A stretch of DNA of 64,000 nt from the human T2T-CHM13v2.0 reference genome, Homo sapiens. The stretch is taken from the NCBI RefSeq assembly GCF_009914755.1, contig NC_060925.1; one strand, given 5' to 3'. The notes under the pieces were generated by a model. It was not told where the DNA came from, ran no database searches, and saw nothing but the letters and a program-made list of their open reading frames with translations. This document shows positions 29,652 through 54,084 of this stretch, one piece after another. The number at the start of each line of letters is the position of its first letter. Positions within the stretch are counted from its first letter, which is position 1. The position numbers were made by a program, and so were the translations under genes.

Positions 29652-29791
29652 GTTTTTTTAAATTAAAAAAATTCGTAGAGATGAGGTCTCACCATCTTGC
29701 CCAGGTTGGTCTCTGACTCCTGGCCTCAAGTGATCCTCCCCCTCAGCCTCCCAAAGTTCTGGGATTACAGGCATAAGCCAGAGTCCTGCCC
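29652..29791 (-). mobile_element. FLAM_C-like free left Alu monomer
   Basis: Single monomer flanked by the direct repeat GCCATTAAA (29643-29651 and 29792-29800). Confidence 0.85.
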
Positions 29792-30060
29792 GCCATTAAA
29801 TTCTTTAAAAATTATTCATTTAATGAGGAAAATTATGGTGTATTTAATTTTTGCACAAAATGCCCAATTTTTACATATAGAAAATATGTCAATTGAACAA
29901 TTAAAACAAATAATAATAAAATTTGAAAGTACATTCATTCTGTACATACAACATAGTGATAGTTAATTATAATTTTTATTTTTTCAGCATTATCTTCAGC
30001 CACAAACATTTCAACTTTATGGGGCCCATAGTTACACACTTCAAAATAAAATTGTAGCAC

Positions 30061-30125
30061 AGATAAATATTTTTAGGTAAAACTATTTTAGATAAATATA
30101 TTTTAGGTAAATATTTTAGGTAAAA
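30061..30125. repeat. Short tandem repeat with a 13-16 bp unit, TATTTTAG(G/A)TAAA, about 4.5 copies
   Basis: Direct reading. Confidence 0.75.
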
Positions 30126-30889
30126 ATAAGACTGTGTATGATAAAGCTTTGAAACATTAAAACAGCACACACACAGTAACTAAATTAACCATAAAATAAA
30201 CTAAGCAATATAATATGAGTTCATCCAAAGATAATACATTACTCAAATGTATTTTTCTTTAACTGAAAATTGCTCATTCTGGTAAATTGGTGAATGTGTC
30301 TTTGACCTCACAATGTCAAGTCATCACTTTTTATAACATGTTTATTCTGTGTGTATGTGTGTAAAAAGTCATAGCATCCAAAATGGGTATTTTGAAAAGC
30401 CATTATATTGAAAAGTTATCACTTGAATGGTCATTTTGTGAGGTTACATCATATCTGGACCAGTGGAGAATGTTATTTTAATAAACTCAGAAATCAAATT
30501 CTTCTTAGTTGATTAAAGTGGAATTCTAGGAGAAGAAAAAAGCTGTATTCTGTGGCATGAATCCTGGCTGTATTTTTTGGAAGCAAGGAAGACTTAAAAT
30601 GCAAAAGGTCCTGTGTATGAGTAGAAAGCAATTCAGCTAGAATGGTCCTAGTTGGAAAGGCAAACCATTGAACACAGTTTGATTACAAGTGTTCATTTAT
30701 TCTGCTAAGTTATTAAAAGTCATCATTCTAGGCTAGAAATAATCAGCTTTGACTGACCCAATTTCCAAAGTTGAAAACTGATATTCTCAGTAAATAAATG
30801 TGTTCTCCAAATTTATGGAAGAGAATATGATCCGCAGATCCAATCAGTTTTCAATGTAAGCAGTGACTCTCCATAAAAAAGGGCTTCTA

Positions 30890-31217
<328 letters not shown>

Positions 31218-31423
31218 TTAGCAGGTAAGGTCTGGCAGTGATGCAAAGGATTTAATAGAAGTTATTCAATAATAATCTGAAGATCTTATGCAGCTGACCC
31301 AAAGAAGCAGTCATCCAGACAACTGTTTGACAAAAATAAAGGTACAGATGAAACACCAAATTTCAACTACAGTAGTATACTTTGCTAGAAGGGCATGCTC
31401 AAAGCTATTAAAAAAGTCACTTA

Positions 31424-33295
31424 ATTACCATTTCAATCTTGTTGCTTGTTATTGGTCTGTTCAGGGTATCTAATTCTTCCTGATGTAAGCTAGGAGGGTT
31501 GTAGTTTTCCAGGAATTTATCATCTCTTCTAGGTTTTCTAGTTTATGTGCGTAAAGGTGTTCATAGCAGCTTTGAATGATCTTTTGTATTTCAGTGGTGT
31601 CAGTTTTAATATATTCTGTTTCATTTCTTAATGAGGTTCTTGGGATTTTCTCTCATCTTTTCTTGGTTAATCTTGCTAAAAATATATCAATTTTATTTAT
31701 CTTTTCGAAGAACCAGCCTTTTGTTTCATTTATCATTTGTATTTTTTTGTTTGTTTGCTTCAATTTCATTCAGTCTGCCCTGATCTTGGTTACTTTCCTT
31801 CTTCTGCTGGATTTGGGTTTGGGTTTGGTTTGTTCTTGTTTCTCCAGTTCCTTGAATTGCGACCTTAAAATGTCAGTTTGCGCTCCTTCAGTCTTTTTGA
31901 TGTAGGCATTTAGGGCTATGAACCTTTCTCTTAGCACCGCCTTAGCTGTATCCTAGAGGTTTAGTGTCATTATTGTCTTTCAATTCAAAGAATTTTTTAA
32001 TTTCCGTCTTGATTTTGTTTTTGACCCAATGCTCATTCAGGAGTGGGCTATTTAATTTCCATGTATGTGCATGGTCTTGAAGGTTTCTTTTGGAGTTGAT
32101 TTCCAGTTTTATTCCACTGTGCTCTGAGAGTGTGCTTGATATAATTTCAATTTTCTTAAATTTATTAAGGTTTGTTTTATGGCCTATCATATGGTCTATC
32201 TTGGAGAAATTTTTATGTGCTGTTGAATAGAATGTATATTCTGTGGTTGTTGAATGAAATGTTCTGTATATATGTGTTATGTCTGTTCCAAGGTATAGTT
32301 TAAATCCATTGTTTCTTTGTTGACTTTTGTCCTGATGACCTGTCTAGTGCTGTCAGTGGAGTATTGAAGTTCCCCACTATTATTGTGTTGCTGTCTATCT
32401 CATTTCTTAGGCCTATTAGTAATTGTATTATAAATTTGGGAGATCCAGTGTTAGGTACATACATGTTTAAGATTGTGATATTTTCCTGTCGGACAAGGAC
32501 TTTTACCATTATGTAATGTCCTCTTTATCTCTTTTAACTGCTGTTGCTTTAATGTTTGTTTTGTCTGATATAAGAATAGCTGCCCCTGTTTGCTTTTGGT
32601 GTCCATTTGCATGAAATGCATTTTTTAAAGAACTACAAGTAGAACTATCATTTGATCCAGCAGTCCGACTACTGGGTATCTACCCAGAGGAAAAGAAGTC
32701 ATTATACGAAAAAGATACTTGCACAAGCATGTTTATAGCAGCACAATTCACAATTGCAAAATCATGGAACCAACTAAAATGCCCATCAATCAATCAGTGG
32801 ATAAAGAAACTGTGATATATATATATATATACACATATATATATATATATATATCTCACATATATCATCATATATATGATGGAATACCACTCAGCCAAAA
32901 AAAGGAATGAATTAACAGCATTTGCAGCAACCTGGATGAGATTGGAGTCTCCAATCTCATCCAGGTTGCTGCAAATGCTGTTAATTCATTGTGAGATTTT
33001 GGCGCACCCATTACCCAAGCAGTATACATTGCACTATACTTGTAGTCTTTTATCCCTCACCCCCCTCCCACTCTTTCCCTCAAGTCCTCAAAGTCCACTG
33101 TAGCATTCTTATGCCTTTGCATCCTCATAGCTTAGCTCCCACATATCAGTGAGAACATACGATGTCTAAGTGAAGTTAACTCAGGAATGGAAAACCAAAC
33201 ATCGTATGCACCAAAATCTCACAAATCACCACTAAAGAACTGACTCATGTAACCAAATACCTTCTGTACCCCAATAACTTATGGAAAATTTGTTT
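31424..33295 (+). mobile_element. L1PB1-like insertion: inverted ORF2 piece (31424-32625) plus a rearranged sense 3' end
   Basis: Minus-strand ORF2 EN-region peptides (GHKTNLNKFKKIEIISSTLSEHSGIKLEIN; TIIVGNFNTPLTALDRS) and a plus-strand L1PB 3' end; TSD AAAAGTCACTTA at 31412-31423 and 33296-33307. Confidence 0.9.
32906..32990. repeat. Perfect 42-bp inverted repeat with a 1-nt spacer
   Basis: 32906-32947 is the exact reverse complement of 32949-32990. Confidence 0.97.
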
Positions 33296-33840
33296 AAAAG
33301 TCACTTACTCAACTGCCTTACAATTTTTGTTCAGAATAATTGTGAGGTTAAATAACCTACTGCTGGAAAGCTTTGTATGGGTATAGCTATTCACATTAAT
33401 TGGAGGACTCCAAGATATTTTTATTTCTGAGTTCATCTACAGGATAAACATGGGCCTTAACTAGACACATTAAATTTTTATTTTATTTAAATAGAAGTCA
33501 ACAAACTTTCTTCCAAATTGCAAGGCAATCTGATTCATCTGAAGATAAGTACAATTTTTATCTTTAAAATATATTCTGGCCTCCCTGTGTTTTAGCTTGA
33601 TCTTATTTTAACTATAAAATACCATTTATATACAGATGTTTTATTTTTTTCTGAAAAAATACAAAGGTTCTACTATAAATGCCTCTCAATTAACAGTAAG
33701 TTTATATGAAATTATTAGAACTCTTATGTTTATGTTAAATATATTAAATTTTGACTTTATGATAAGCATTAATATTCTATATATATAGTCCAAATAATGA
33801 GATTAATTTCTTTTTTTTTTAAGAGAAGTTGAATTATGCA

Positions 33841-39418
<5,578 letters not shown>

Positions 39419-39578
39419 GAGATTAATTTCTTAATATGATATTGAGTAGTAGCTATGAACATGGTCTCAGACTTAGGTTCTAGTCGGCATCTACTTTTTA
39501 ACTGGATAGATCTTAGGCATTTATCTTAACTATGCTTCATATTTCTCATTTGTGAAATGGAAATTATAATGGTAACTA

Positions 39579-40469
39579 GAGTCATGTATTGCATAATGAC
39601 ATTCTGAGTAAGAATGAGCCATATATACTGTGGTGGTCCCATAAGATTATAATACTATATTTTTACTGTACCTCTTCTGTGTTTAGATATAGTTAGATAA
39701 AAAAAATTAAACATTGTGTTACAACTGCCTATAGTGTTCAGTATAGTAACATGCTGTATAGGTTTGTCACCTAGGAGCAATAAGCTATACATATAGCCTA
39801 GATGTGTAGTAGGCTATATTGTTGTGGCTTTTTGACTCTCATAGTTTGGTGGGAAGGAGTGTTACAGCTCTTTTACTCTTCCTGCCCACGGCTCAGTGAA
39901 CAGGAATGTTACAGCTCTTTTGCTCCCATAGTTCAGTGAGTTATGGGTTCTTGTCCCGTGGCCAAGAGTAATAAGGTACGTGGACACTGGAGGCAGGGTA
40001 AGGCAGAGTAGAATTTACTGAATGAAAGAAAAGCTCTCAACAGCAAGAGGGGACCCCAAAGAGCGTAGCCGTCTATGAGGCTGAATCCAGGGTTTTATGA
40101 ACTTAGAATGGGGGGAACGCATGCTGATTGATTTATGGGTGGGCTTGGAAAAGGGAGCATTTGATTGGCTAAAAGGCATCATTCAGAAAGAACCAATAGA
40201 GAGAGAGTAGGTAAGATGGAAATGGAAGTTCTCATTCTGGTCCGTGAATTCTATCTGTAACTGTTGCTTGGTTTTCAGGCTTTAGACTGTTCTTGGCTTG
40301 AAGGTTGAGTTTCACCAGGGACCCATCCATGTCTGCCTTGTCTGTTTCTTGTTGCTATCAATATCATCTAGGTTTGTGTATGTACACTCTATGATGTTCA
40401 CACAAGGGCACAATTACCTAAAAGTGCATTTCTAAGAATGTGTCTTCATTGTTAAGTGATGTATAACTG
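39579..40469 (-). mobile_element. Tigger3a (MER7A-type) non-autonomous DNA transposon, interrupted by an LTR
   Basis: TA on both flanks; GGTCCCATAAGATTATAATAC, CCTAGGAGCAATA and ACACTCTATGATGTTC. Confidence 0.88.
39820..40360 (-). mobile_element. ERV1 solo LTR (LTR27/LTR28/MER52 group)
   Basis: TG...CA ends; 4-bp TSD ATAT (39816-39819 and 40361-40364); minus strand begins TGATAGCAACAAG...GGGTCCCTGGTGAAACTCAACCTTCAAGCC. Confidence 0.82.
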
Positions 40470-41994
40470 TATATTAAAAAGTTCTGTCAGAATTAAATGA
40501 ACTAGTCAATGCAAATAAACATATTATCAAAGTTCTTGTCATATAGTAAAAGTTCAATAAATTTTAACTATTACTATTATAGCATAGATTAATTCCTTTC
40601 TACACTTCAACTGTGGAATAAATACTCTTTTTTTCAGTTTTCCTAGATCAACTTAATTTTAGACTCTGTGACCTGATTTCACTTCAGTGAAATTCAACTT
40701 CAAGTAGGAAAATTTTACTTCATCTAATTGTGGGGCTTCTCTCTACATCTGAGTTTTGCTATGATGCCAAGAACCCAGAATTTTTGGTAGTATCAAAAAT
40801 GACGTAGAGAAGATTATGTGGTTACCCATCATCTGTCCACATCAGTTAACAATGAGGCACCCATTTTCCCATCTTGTAGTGTCCCTTCATATCCTTTGCT
40901 GTATTTTGACCTGTTCCAGGCAGAATAATCTTTGGCAAGTCTTGGATTCCCAGGCCTCATTCACTCTCTGATGAACACTAGGGTAAATGTTTATTCCAGG
41001 CTCTGGGCACCACCTCCAACCTGTGACTTCCATAGCCCTCTCTCCCTCCTTCTTCAATCTTGGAAACTTCCTAAATCAACAAAGAAACAAAAACCTGTTA
41101 ACAGCTTTGAATGAAGAAACAGAAAAAAAATTTCAGGGAGAAGCATAGATTTGATATTTTTAGAAAGTCTTTCAATAATATTTAAAATATACTTAATATA
41201 TTCTAAAGATATTTAAAATATACTTTAGAGAAACTGTACCCTTTGACCATGCCCTCACCTACTTAGCACCCCTGTTTTTTTCTTTATAGTTAGATACTTA
41301 GTGATATATTTTCCCATGGCATGTAAAAGATATTGAAAACTCATCCATGAGGGAATATTATGTGACTCTTCTGTTACTGTCCTTGCCTTAGCTCTTACTG
41401 TATTCTGTCTCCCACTCCACCCACCTCATATTGAAGAGGAATTAGGTGGAATCACCATTTTTACAAATAAACATTAAATTCTGTACTTCCTCATTTCCTT
41501 CATTTTCATGGCAGAGTCCCAACAGTACCCATGTGAAACAGGCAGACCTCATATCAGGTGCAGAAAACAAGAGAGAGTGGTGCTTGATGTAAGAAAAAAA
41601 TACTGGTTACGCTACCCAACAAGATATCTTTAAATAACTACATTTAAATAAATGGCCTTATTTAATTTGAGTATTAAATGACACTGGGATACACTGATGA
41701 TTTCTGGCTGTTGAAACCAGGTTCCAGAATATACTTCAAATTTTCCAAATTTGAGAAAAATTGTCAATATAGGTTGTAGTACATTAGCTCTGAAAAAAGC
41801 ATACCTTTATTCCACCATGGGAAGAAGTATAAGGGGCCCAGGGAAAGAATTCAGATATTATACCGTTAAAGTTAAGAAAGGGTAAAGTTTCATATTAATG
41901 TGTCATTCTTGTTATTTGAAGAATTTTGCCTTTGAGGTGACTATATTAATAATAAAAGTTTGCTTTTTATTTATTTATATGGGGGCTCACAATT

Positions 41995-42215
41995 TGCAAA
42001 TTTATTTCATTACTTTTATCATTTGATCTTTGGAACAACTCTATGAGATAGGCAGAGAAAGTATTAAAATTATTTATTACCAGATGAGAAAACCCAGGCT
42101 TAGAGAAGCTTGATCAGAGAAGAGCTGCTCAAGGTTATATAGAGAGATTCTAAGTGCTGGGCCCAGAACCTCAAATCTGGCCTTTTGATTCAAATCCAGT
42201 GCTCATTTCATTTAT
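41995..42215 (-). mobile_element. MIR
   Basis: AACAACTCTATGAGATAGG...CAGATGAGAAAACCCAGGCTTAGAGA. Confidence 0.75.
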
Positions 42216-42859
42216 AATCTGAAGACAGGTAACAAATCTCAGGTGGCAAATAGCATCCACTTTGCATGCCAACCCTGATAAATTGGAAAGTGTGCTTGAG
42301 ATGAGTCCTGAAGGACATACAGGACATAGTCAGGTGCACCTAGGGCATTTCAGGTGAAGATGCCCATATAGATACAGGCCCAGTGATAGAAGACTACATA
42401 TGACATTTAAGGATCTCCAAGTGTTTCTCTTTAAACTCAAAATGCTTCTTATTTTAATATTGTTTTCTTTGCCTTCTGACTCTTCAATGGAAAATCCTCC
42501 TTGATTATGCCAAGCTCCTTTGAGCCTCACCATGGCTCACTACAGCTGAGTCTCCACAGTCATGTCAGGCCTCTGGATCATTTATTCAGAGTTACTGCCA
42601 GGTTAACCCAGTGGCAGTTAATTGATGTGTCTTTCTAGATGTTTGTTCTGGATAATTAGAGAAAGACTTCATCATGCCCAGTGTCTGACTATGAAATATT
42701 TTCTGATTCTATACCAACATTACGAACAGAATAAACAATCTACCTTGGTAATGAGGTTCAAAACGTTGCGATTTAATTAAAAGATTTTGGAGATTTTAAA
42801 AAACATTTTCATTTAGTAATTTATGATAGTTATGGCTCTGATGAAAATTAACATAATAA

Positions 42860-43095
42860 TTATTATAGCCAAAATTATTTTGCCTTTGCTATGTTTCATA
42901 AACTGTCTTAATCACTTTACAAGAACTGCTATATTACTTGTAATCCTTACAATAGCACACTTATCTCCATTTTATAAATGAGGTAAATGAAGCCTAGAGA
43001 TGTGAGTAACTTGATAAAGTCACAGAATCATTAAGAGATGGAACAGGTTTGCAAACTCATGTCTTCTTGTTCCCAGATATGAGTGCTTTAACTCT
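42860..43095 (-). mobile_element. MIR
   Basis: CTCCATTTTATAAATGAGGTAAATGAAGCCTAGAGATGTGAGTAACTTGATAAAGTCACAG. Confidence 0.8.
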
Positions 43096-43434
43096 CACCC
43101 TTTTTTTTAATCACAGCTGCTCAGCTTTGAAGGTAAAATGAGGAAAGCAGAGAGAAAAAAGAAAATCACCTTAAAATATACAGATATTTTAAAAAATAGA
43201 AAGTCTTTGCTCAGTATGCTTGTGTGATGCATATTACTTATTATCACATGTAAACATGTCAATTTGGTTTCATTATATTCAGACTATTTTTTTCATTATT
43301 TCTTCCAGCAACCTTGCTTTTAATAATCCCACTTTATATTCTGACTCAAGAGTTTTTCTGAAATTCTGTGCCCAAATCAATTTTTTAGGCCTTATTTGCC
43401 GTAAGGACACTCTGAATCTGGCTTGATTTTTGGT

Positions 43435-43481
43435 AAAAAAACAAAACAAAACAAAAAAACAAAAACAAACAAACAAAAAAA
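43435..43481. repeat. (AAAAC)n/(AAAC)n simple repeat
   Basis: Direct reading. Confidence 0.85.
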
Positions 43482-45454
43482 TGCTGGACTCCAGAAGCAT
43501 ATGTACTCAGACTCCCTTTGGCTTTTTTTAATGCTTGATGTTGTTTTCATACCAATATCTATTGATTGGTTTTCCGACCAATAGCTGATTTCCTTGGATT
43601 TCCAGAATATTGCTTTAAAGAACATTACCAGTATGGCAAATTTTCTGGTCAGCATTCAGACTTGTTCCTCCTGTGAATATCTTCCACTGCATGTGAAGTC
43701 AGCCTGAGTCAGGAAGATGTATCCAAGAGCTACAGTGATTAAGAATCACTGACAAATCTACCTCTGCTAAGACAGAAAGCAAGAGTTCCAATGGATGATT
43801 ACCAGATGCTTATTTTGGCTATGTTCTAATCTTGATAAGCAGAAAGTTGCTCAACATAATATAATCACTTGCCTCATATTACTTGTCATGGAATAAACAT
43901 ACTGATTGCTTTGGAGTATTAGATATGATATAAGTGAAGTGCTTACCAGAGTACCTATCACAAAGTATATGTGATAAAAAATACACTGCATTCTCTTTCA
44001 TTATTTCTTTAATAAAACCATGTGAATCATTACTTTCCTTTTTGGGAAACTCGTGCAGTGTCTTTCATGCAGAGACTATTAAAAATACCGTCCTGTTTTG
44101 CTCCTCTCTTTGGGCCTATCAAATGGTTCAGTCTTGACTTCTATCAATTTCAACATTATCATGCAATTTTAATAAACTATACTTTGGAGTGCTTCATGAA
44201 AATAGGTTATTATAAGGTAGATATATACCATATGTAGTGATGTTAACTTCCTCTTGACCTGAGAACTACTTTGTACCTTAATTTTTAAGAGTAGAGTCAT
44301 GAACACTAAGAAAGGCATTGATAAAGGAAATAAAAATGCATTCTTTCCGAATTGCTAATTTTGGTCTAGGGCATAACCAACAAGCAATTTTCCAAGTGTT
44401 TATTAAATCAAGCAAGACAGTGTTTTTCACATGTCTTAGTGCTTCTAGAATCAAATCAATTCAAAATAGGTGAGGAAGGGAAGTGTGTAAATCACAATTT
44501 ACATTGAGAAATTGATTCCTTTCCCCAAATGAAACCATGCTCCCTGTCAGAGTGCAGGAACATCAAAGCAACTATGAACAATGAAAATAAAATAGGGGTT
44601 TTGAAATGAAAACTGAACCTTTAATGCTTTGCTTATGGTGTACAGGATGTTATTTCAGGGTAAAAACAGCCTCCTTTTAAAATTTTTTCACATCGGAATA
44701 AATTAATGATTCTATTAATGTTCATTGTTCTTTAGAATGACCCAATGTTTGTATTTTCTTACTGTGTAATCTTTCATAGATTTTTAAGTCTGTTAAAGGA
44801 AAATCAAGAAGTTTTTGGTTTTCGTTTTGTTGTTTGGTTTGGATATTTTACAATAAAAATGCCTAACTAATCTTATGGGGATACAGACTCACTGATTTTA
44901 GCCAAGCCGAAGGCTTTGTTATGAAGTTTGTGGCCCAGAATAGTCAAGTGTGGTCTTTACAGGCTTATGCCTTTTTGATTTGACCCTCTGATGTATAATT
45001 TATAAATAAGTTGTGTAATCTAAATTCCAAATGAAGACTGGATAATTATACCCAGTCATCATTCTTGTTCCTAAGTTGCAGCTTAAGTATGAGAGTTCAA
45101 GAAAAATTATGTTATATATTATGATATTTTATGTGATGAAAAATGATTCAAGTACTTTATATTAAAAAAATTAGTTTCCCTGTTTTCTTTTGGTGAAATG
45201 AGTCTTCTATGAGGTGTGACCACAATGGTAAAAGTAAGGCGCTGTGCATTAAAGGTCATATTACTAATTTTGGCACATTTACTTGTTAATCTGTATTAGT
45301 AAAAAAAAAAAATCCAGTCTTTAGTTGAATGGGTTTTGGACAATAAAATGGACTTTCATATAAAACTTTATATGCTATATTAAGTTGGTGTGTCTAGGTG
45401 TGAGTATAAACAAGCAAAAAGAATTTTTCAATAGTTAAAGTGGCATTTGAAAAT

Positions 45455-50785
<5,331 letters not shown>

Positions 50786-50946
50786 GATGCAAATATATAT
50801 TCATTGAACATTGATAAAAGGCACTATATCATAAAAGAAGAATACTGTTTTCTCATGATAATCCAGGTATGTATGTGTTATTTTGTTTTGTTTTAGTGTG
50901 TTCATTGAAAGTACTTCTGTTGTCAAGAACATTCACGTGTGAGTCT

Positions 50947-51310
50947 GTGTACTGTTTTGAGTATCTTCCATTTTTCTCCCAGATATGCTCTCTACACTGT
51001 TCTGTGCCCAGTGAGACCACCTGTGTGGTGTGCATCCATGAACTCCCTTACCCTCTAGTTTCCTGGTTGGTTAAGCAAATGAGGAGCATCAGAAAGAGGG
51101 AGGGAGTAGAGTGAGTTTCTCTGGCTTCCTCATTATGGCTTTGCCAAGGGCTGTAGCAGCTCCTGCCAGGCAGTCCTCTTCTCATAGCGCTCTCTCTCCA
51201 TTTCCATTATTGTAGCCTCTTTTTTCTTTTTTACTGGAGAACTATAAATACTGAGACTATCCACTGTTACTAGACCCAGGTGTTGCACTGATACACATTT
51301 TCCTTCACAA
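50947..51310 (+). mobile_element. LTR33-like ERVL LTR relic
   Basis: CTGTTCTGTGCCCAGTGAGACCACC...CTCCCTTACCCTCTAGTTTCCTGGTTGG resembles LTR33. Confidence 0.55.
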
Positions 51311-51315
51311 GGTAA

Positions 51316-51773
51316 TAGAAGAAACCCATGCGTCTTCTAATGGCAAGTGTTCTTAGGTCTACTACAGTGAAACAGAACACTCACGCAAGTCAAGCGAAGC
51401 AAATTTACTCCTCACAAATAGGCAGAGGATAAACAGAAGCCTAGAAGCCATGGCAAGCAAGTCCCCCTATGTTTAGGAAAGCTGCTCAGGGAGTATGGAG
51501 TCTTGTCTGCCCATACCCCATATTGCACCAATGCTGAGAGACCCTGGAAGTGCTCCACTCTGGGTTTTACACCCTGGGCACAACTTGAATTGCTAGGCAC
51601 AAGTGTTGCAGAACATCCTTTTCTGGAAGAAATGAGAATATAGTCTGGGATGTTCTGGATATTTCCTTCTTATCTTAGGGTATTGCATTCTCAATGCATT
51701 CTGCTTGAGAACTGAAAGCAAGAAGGGCAAGATCTGGGTTGGTCAAGTTCATCTAGGGACATTCCCTCGTACA
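51316..51773 (-). mobile_element. ERVL solo LTR (LTR47-like)
   Basis: Minus strand starts TGT and contains GAATGCAATACCCTAAGATAAG, GTGTAAAACCCAG and GCAGCTTTCC; the name is tentative. Confidence 0.6.
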
Positions 51774-52111
51774 TGAATCCATCTCCATAAACCTGGCAGT
51801 TCTTTGACTCCAGGCAACTAATGAACATTCATTTTAGGATTCTCTTCCTCATCTCAATGACCACACCCCTCTTTGGCATTGATGTTCTCTCCTAGAAGTT
51901 TTAGTTTCATGGATATTGGTTTGCTTTAGTTCTTTGTTGATGAATTGAGATCCAGCATAAATACATCCTCTTCCATAAAGCCTTATTCACAGTTCTGCCA
52001 CATTATGCTCCTAATCAGGATCAGGTCTTCCTCTTGGCATTGTATTGGCTCTTTGTTTAAAACACCGCTAAGGAGCATTCTCATCCATTAGCATACCAGA
52101 GTCATGTTTTT

Positions 52112-52418
<307 letters not shown>

Positions 52419-54084
52419 CAGAGTCATGTTTTTAAATATAGGTTTCTTGAAAGCAAAGACTTTCAATAACCATTTATCAAATATCAGACAAGGGGCTCTG
52501 CTAGATGCATTGGAAGGAGGATATGAAAAAAGAATACAAGTTAGTAATCAGATTCACAGTTTCTACCAACTTGCTCTAAAAAGAAGCCTGCCAGTAGAAC
52601 TTAGGTTCTTTGGTAGTAATTTTCTCCAAACACAAGTGTAAAACATTACTATATCACTCCTCTGGCCAGCAAACAAAACTCATAAACAACCTTTGATGTC
52701 TTTCCCTGTTTTCAAAGTAAAATTTAAACTTCTGAGTATCATATGGAAGTACTCAAAGAATGGGACTCCAGGCAATGAAGGTTTAGTTTTCATTCTGCCA
52801 TGTGACTACTTCTAACACTGCACCTCATTGGATTGCTCAGCACTCCACTTCATGCCCCATGCCTCTGAGGTGGCACACTTTTCTTTTGCTTATCTTTTCC
52901 TTTACCATCATTTCCATCTGTTAGAGGAAGGGTTTTCCTGCAGGAACCAGGAGCCAGACCAAATGCCAATGTTCCCACCAAATCTTTCCAACTCCAATGA
53001 ATGGCAATATGTTACTGGAGTTTGCCTTCTACCAACACCCATGGTGTGCTGTACATTTTTCCCATTAGATTCTAACTTCTTAGGTGAAGGAATCAAACTT
53101 ATTCATACCTGTAGTCTGATGGTGTCTAGTAGAGGGCCTCCTTTGTACATGTATTTTGAACTCAGTAAGTATGTCTAAAGTGAAATGACTTACTGATGCT
53201 GTAACTAAACTAGAGCCACCATTCTTCAGATGATAGCAGTAAGTTAGCTGCACAGCATGAAGGGTAATATAAAGTTAGTTAAATTTGCAAGTTTTAGCCT
53301 TATTAGCTTTTATTTAAATTAAAAACTTCATTATTTTAGTTTCCGCCTCTGGCACAAGACTATGTTTGGCTTCCATTTCTTCTCTTTCCACATAGAATTA
53401 CTCTTAAAAACTGCAAAAGACGAGTTATACAAGGTTATCTGTTTTACTCCTTTTGAGTTTGCCTTGCACCTTTAAAAATATGTCTTTCAAAACTTATTGG
53501 CCTGCTTTTTAAAATAATTATATAATTAAGCAAAATATGAAAAAATACATACTTGACCAAGATGCAAATATCCATGATTTATAAAATAAAGAATTGGCTT
53601 TGGTCCAATTATTAAATCTTAAAAGTATTAAAGGGGCTTTTTTGAAACATCTAAGGATGTTCTTTTTTTTTTTCAAAAATAAATCTCCAAAGCTACCTAT
53701 GGATTTATTGAAATATTTATGATGAAACGAATCCAGAAGCTTTATGTTGGTGGCATCAGAAAGAGGCTGAGTGATAGGCATGATCTGATTCTTAGGGTGA
53801 ATTATTAAAAATATATTCTTCTTTACAGATCAAGAATTGAAAGATCAATCAGCACAGTTCAAAAGTTGAAAGAGATTAGATAAAAGATGGGTTGTGCAGA
53901 AGAACCCAAGGAAGAGATGAAACAACTGGTGAGTTGGTCAGTAAATTTCATTGCATGATGTATGAGTAAGAGAGAACTTACATTTTCTAGAGACTATTCC
54001 TGTATGTGATTAGTGGCAAATATGAAGTTTTATATTTGTCCTGTATAAATAAAAGATTCACTTAATACTGCTACTTCTAATAAA

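Larger units (their letters stand above)
39435..40580 (+). mobile_element. MIR split by Tigger3a (pieces at about 39435-39576 and 40472-40580)
   Basis: TTTCTCATTTGTGAAATGGAAATTATAAT before Tigger3a; GAATTAAATGA...ATAGTAAAAGTTCAATAAA after it. Confidence 0.75.
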
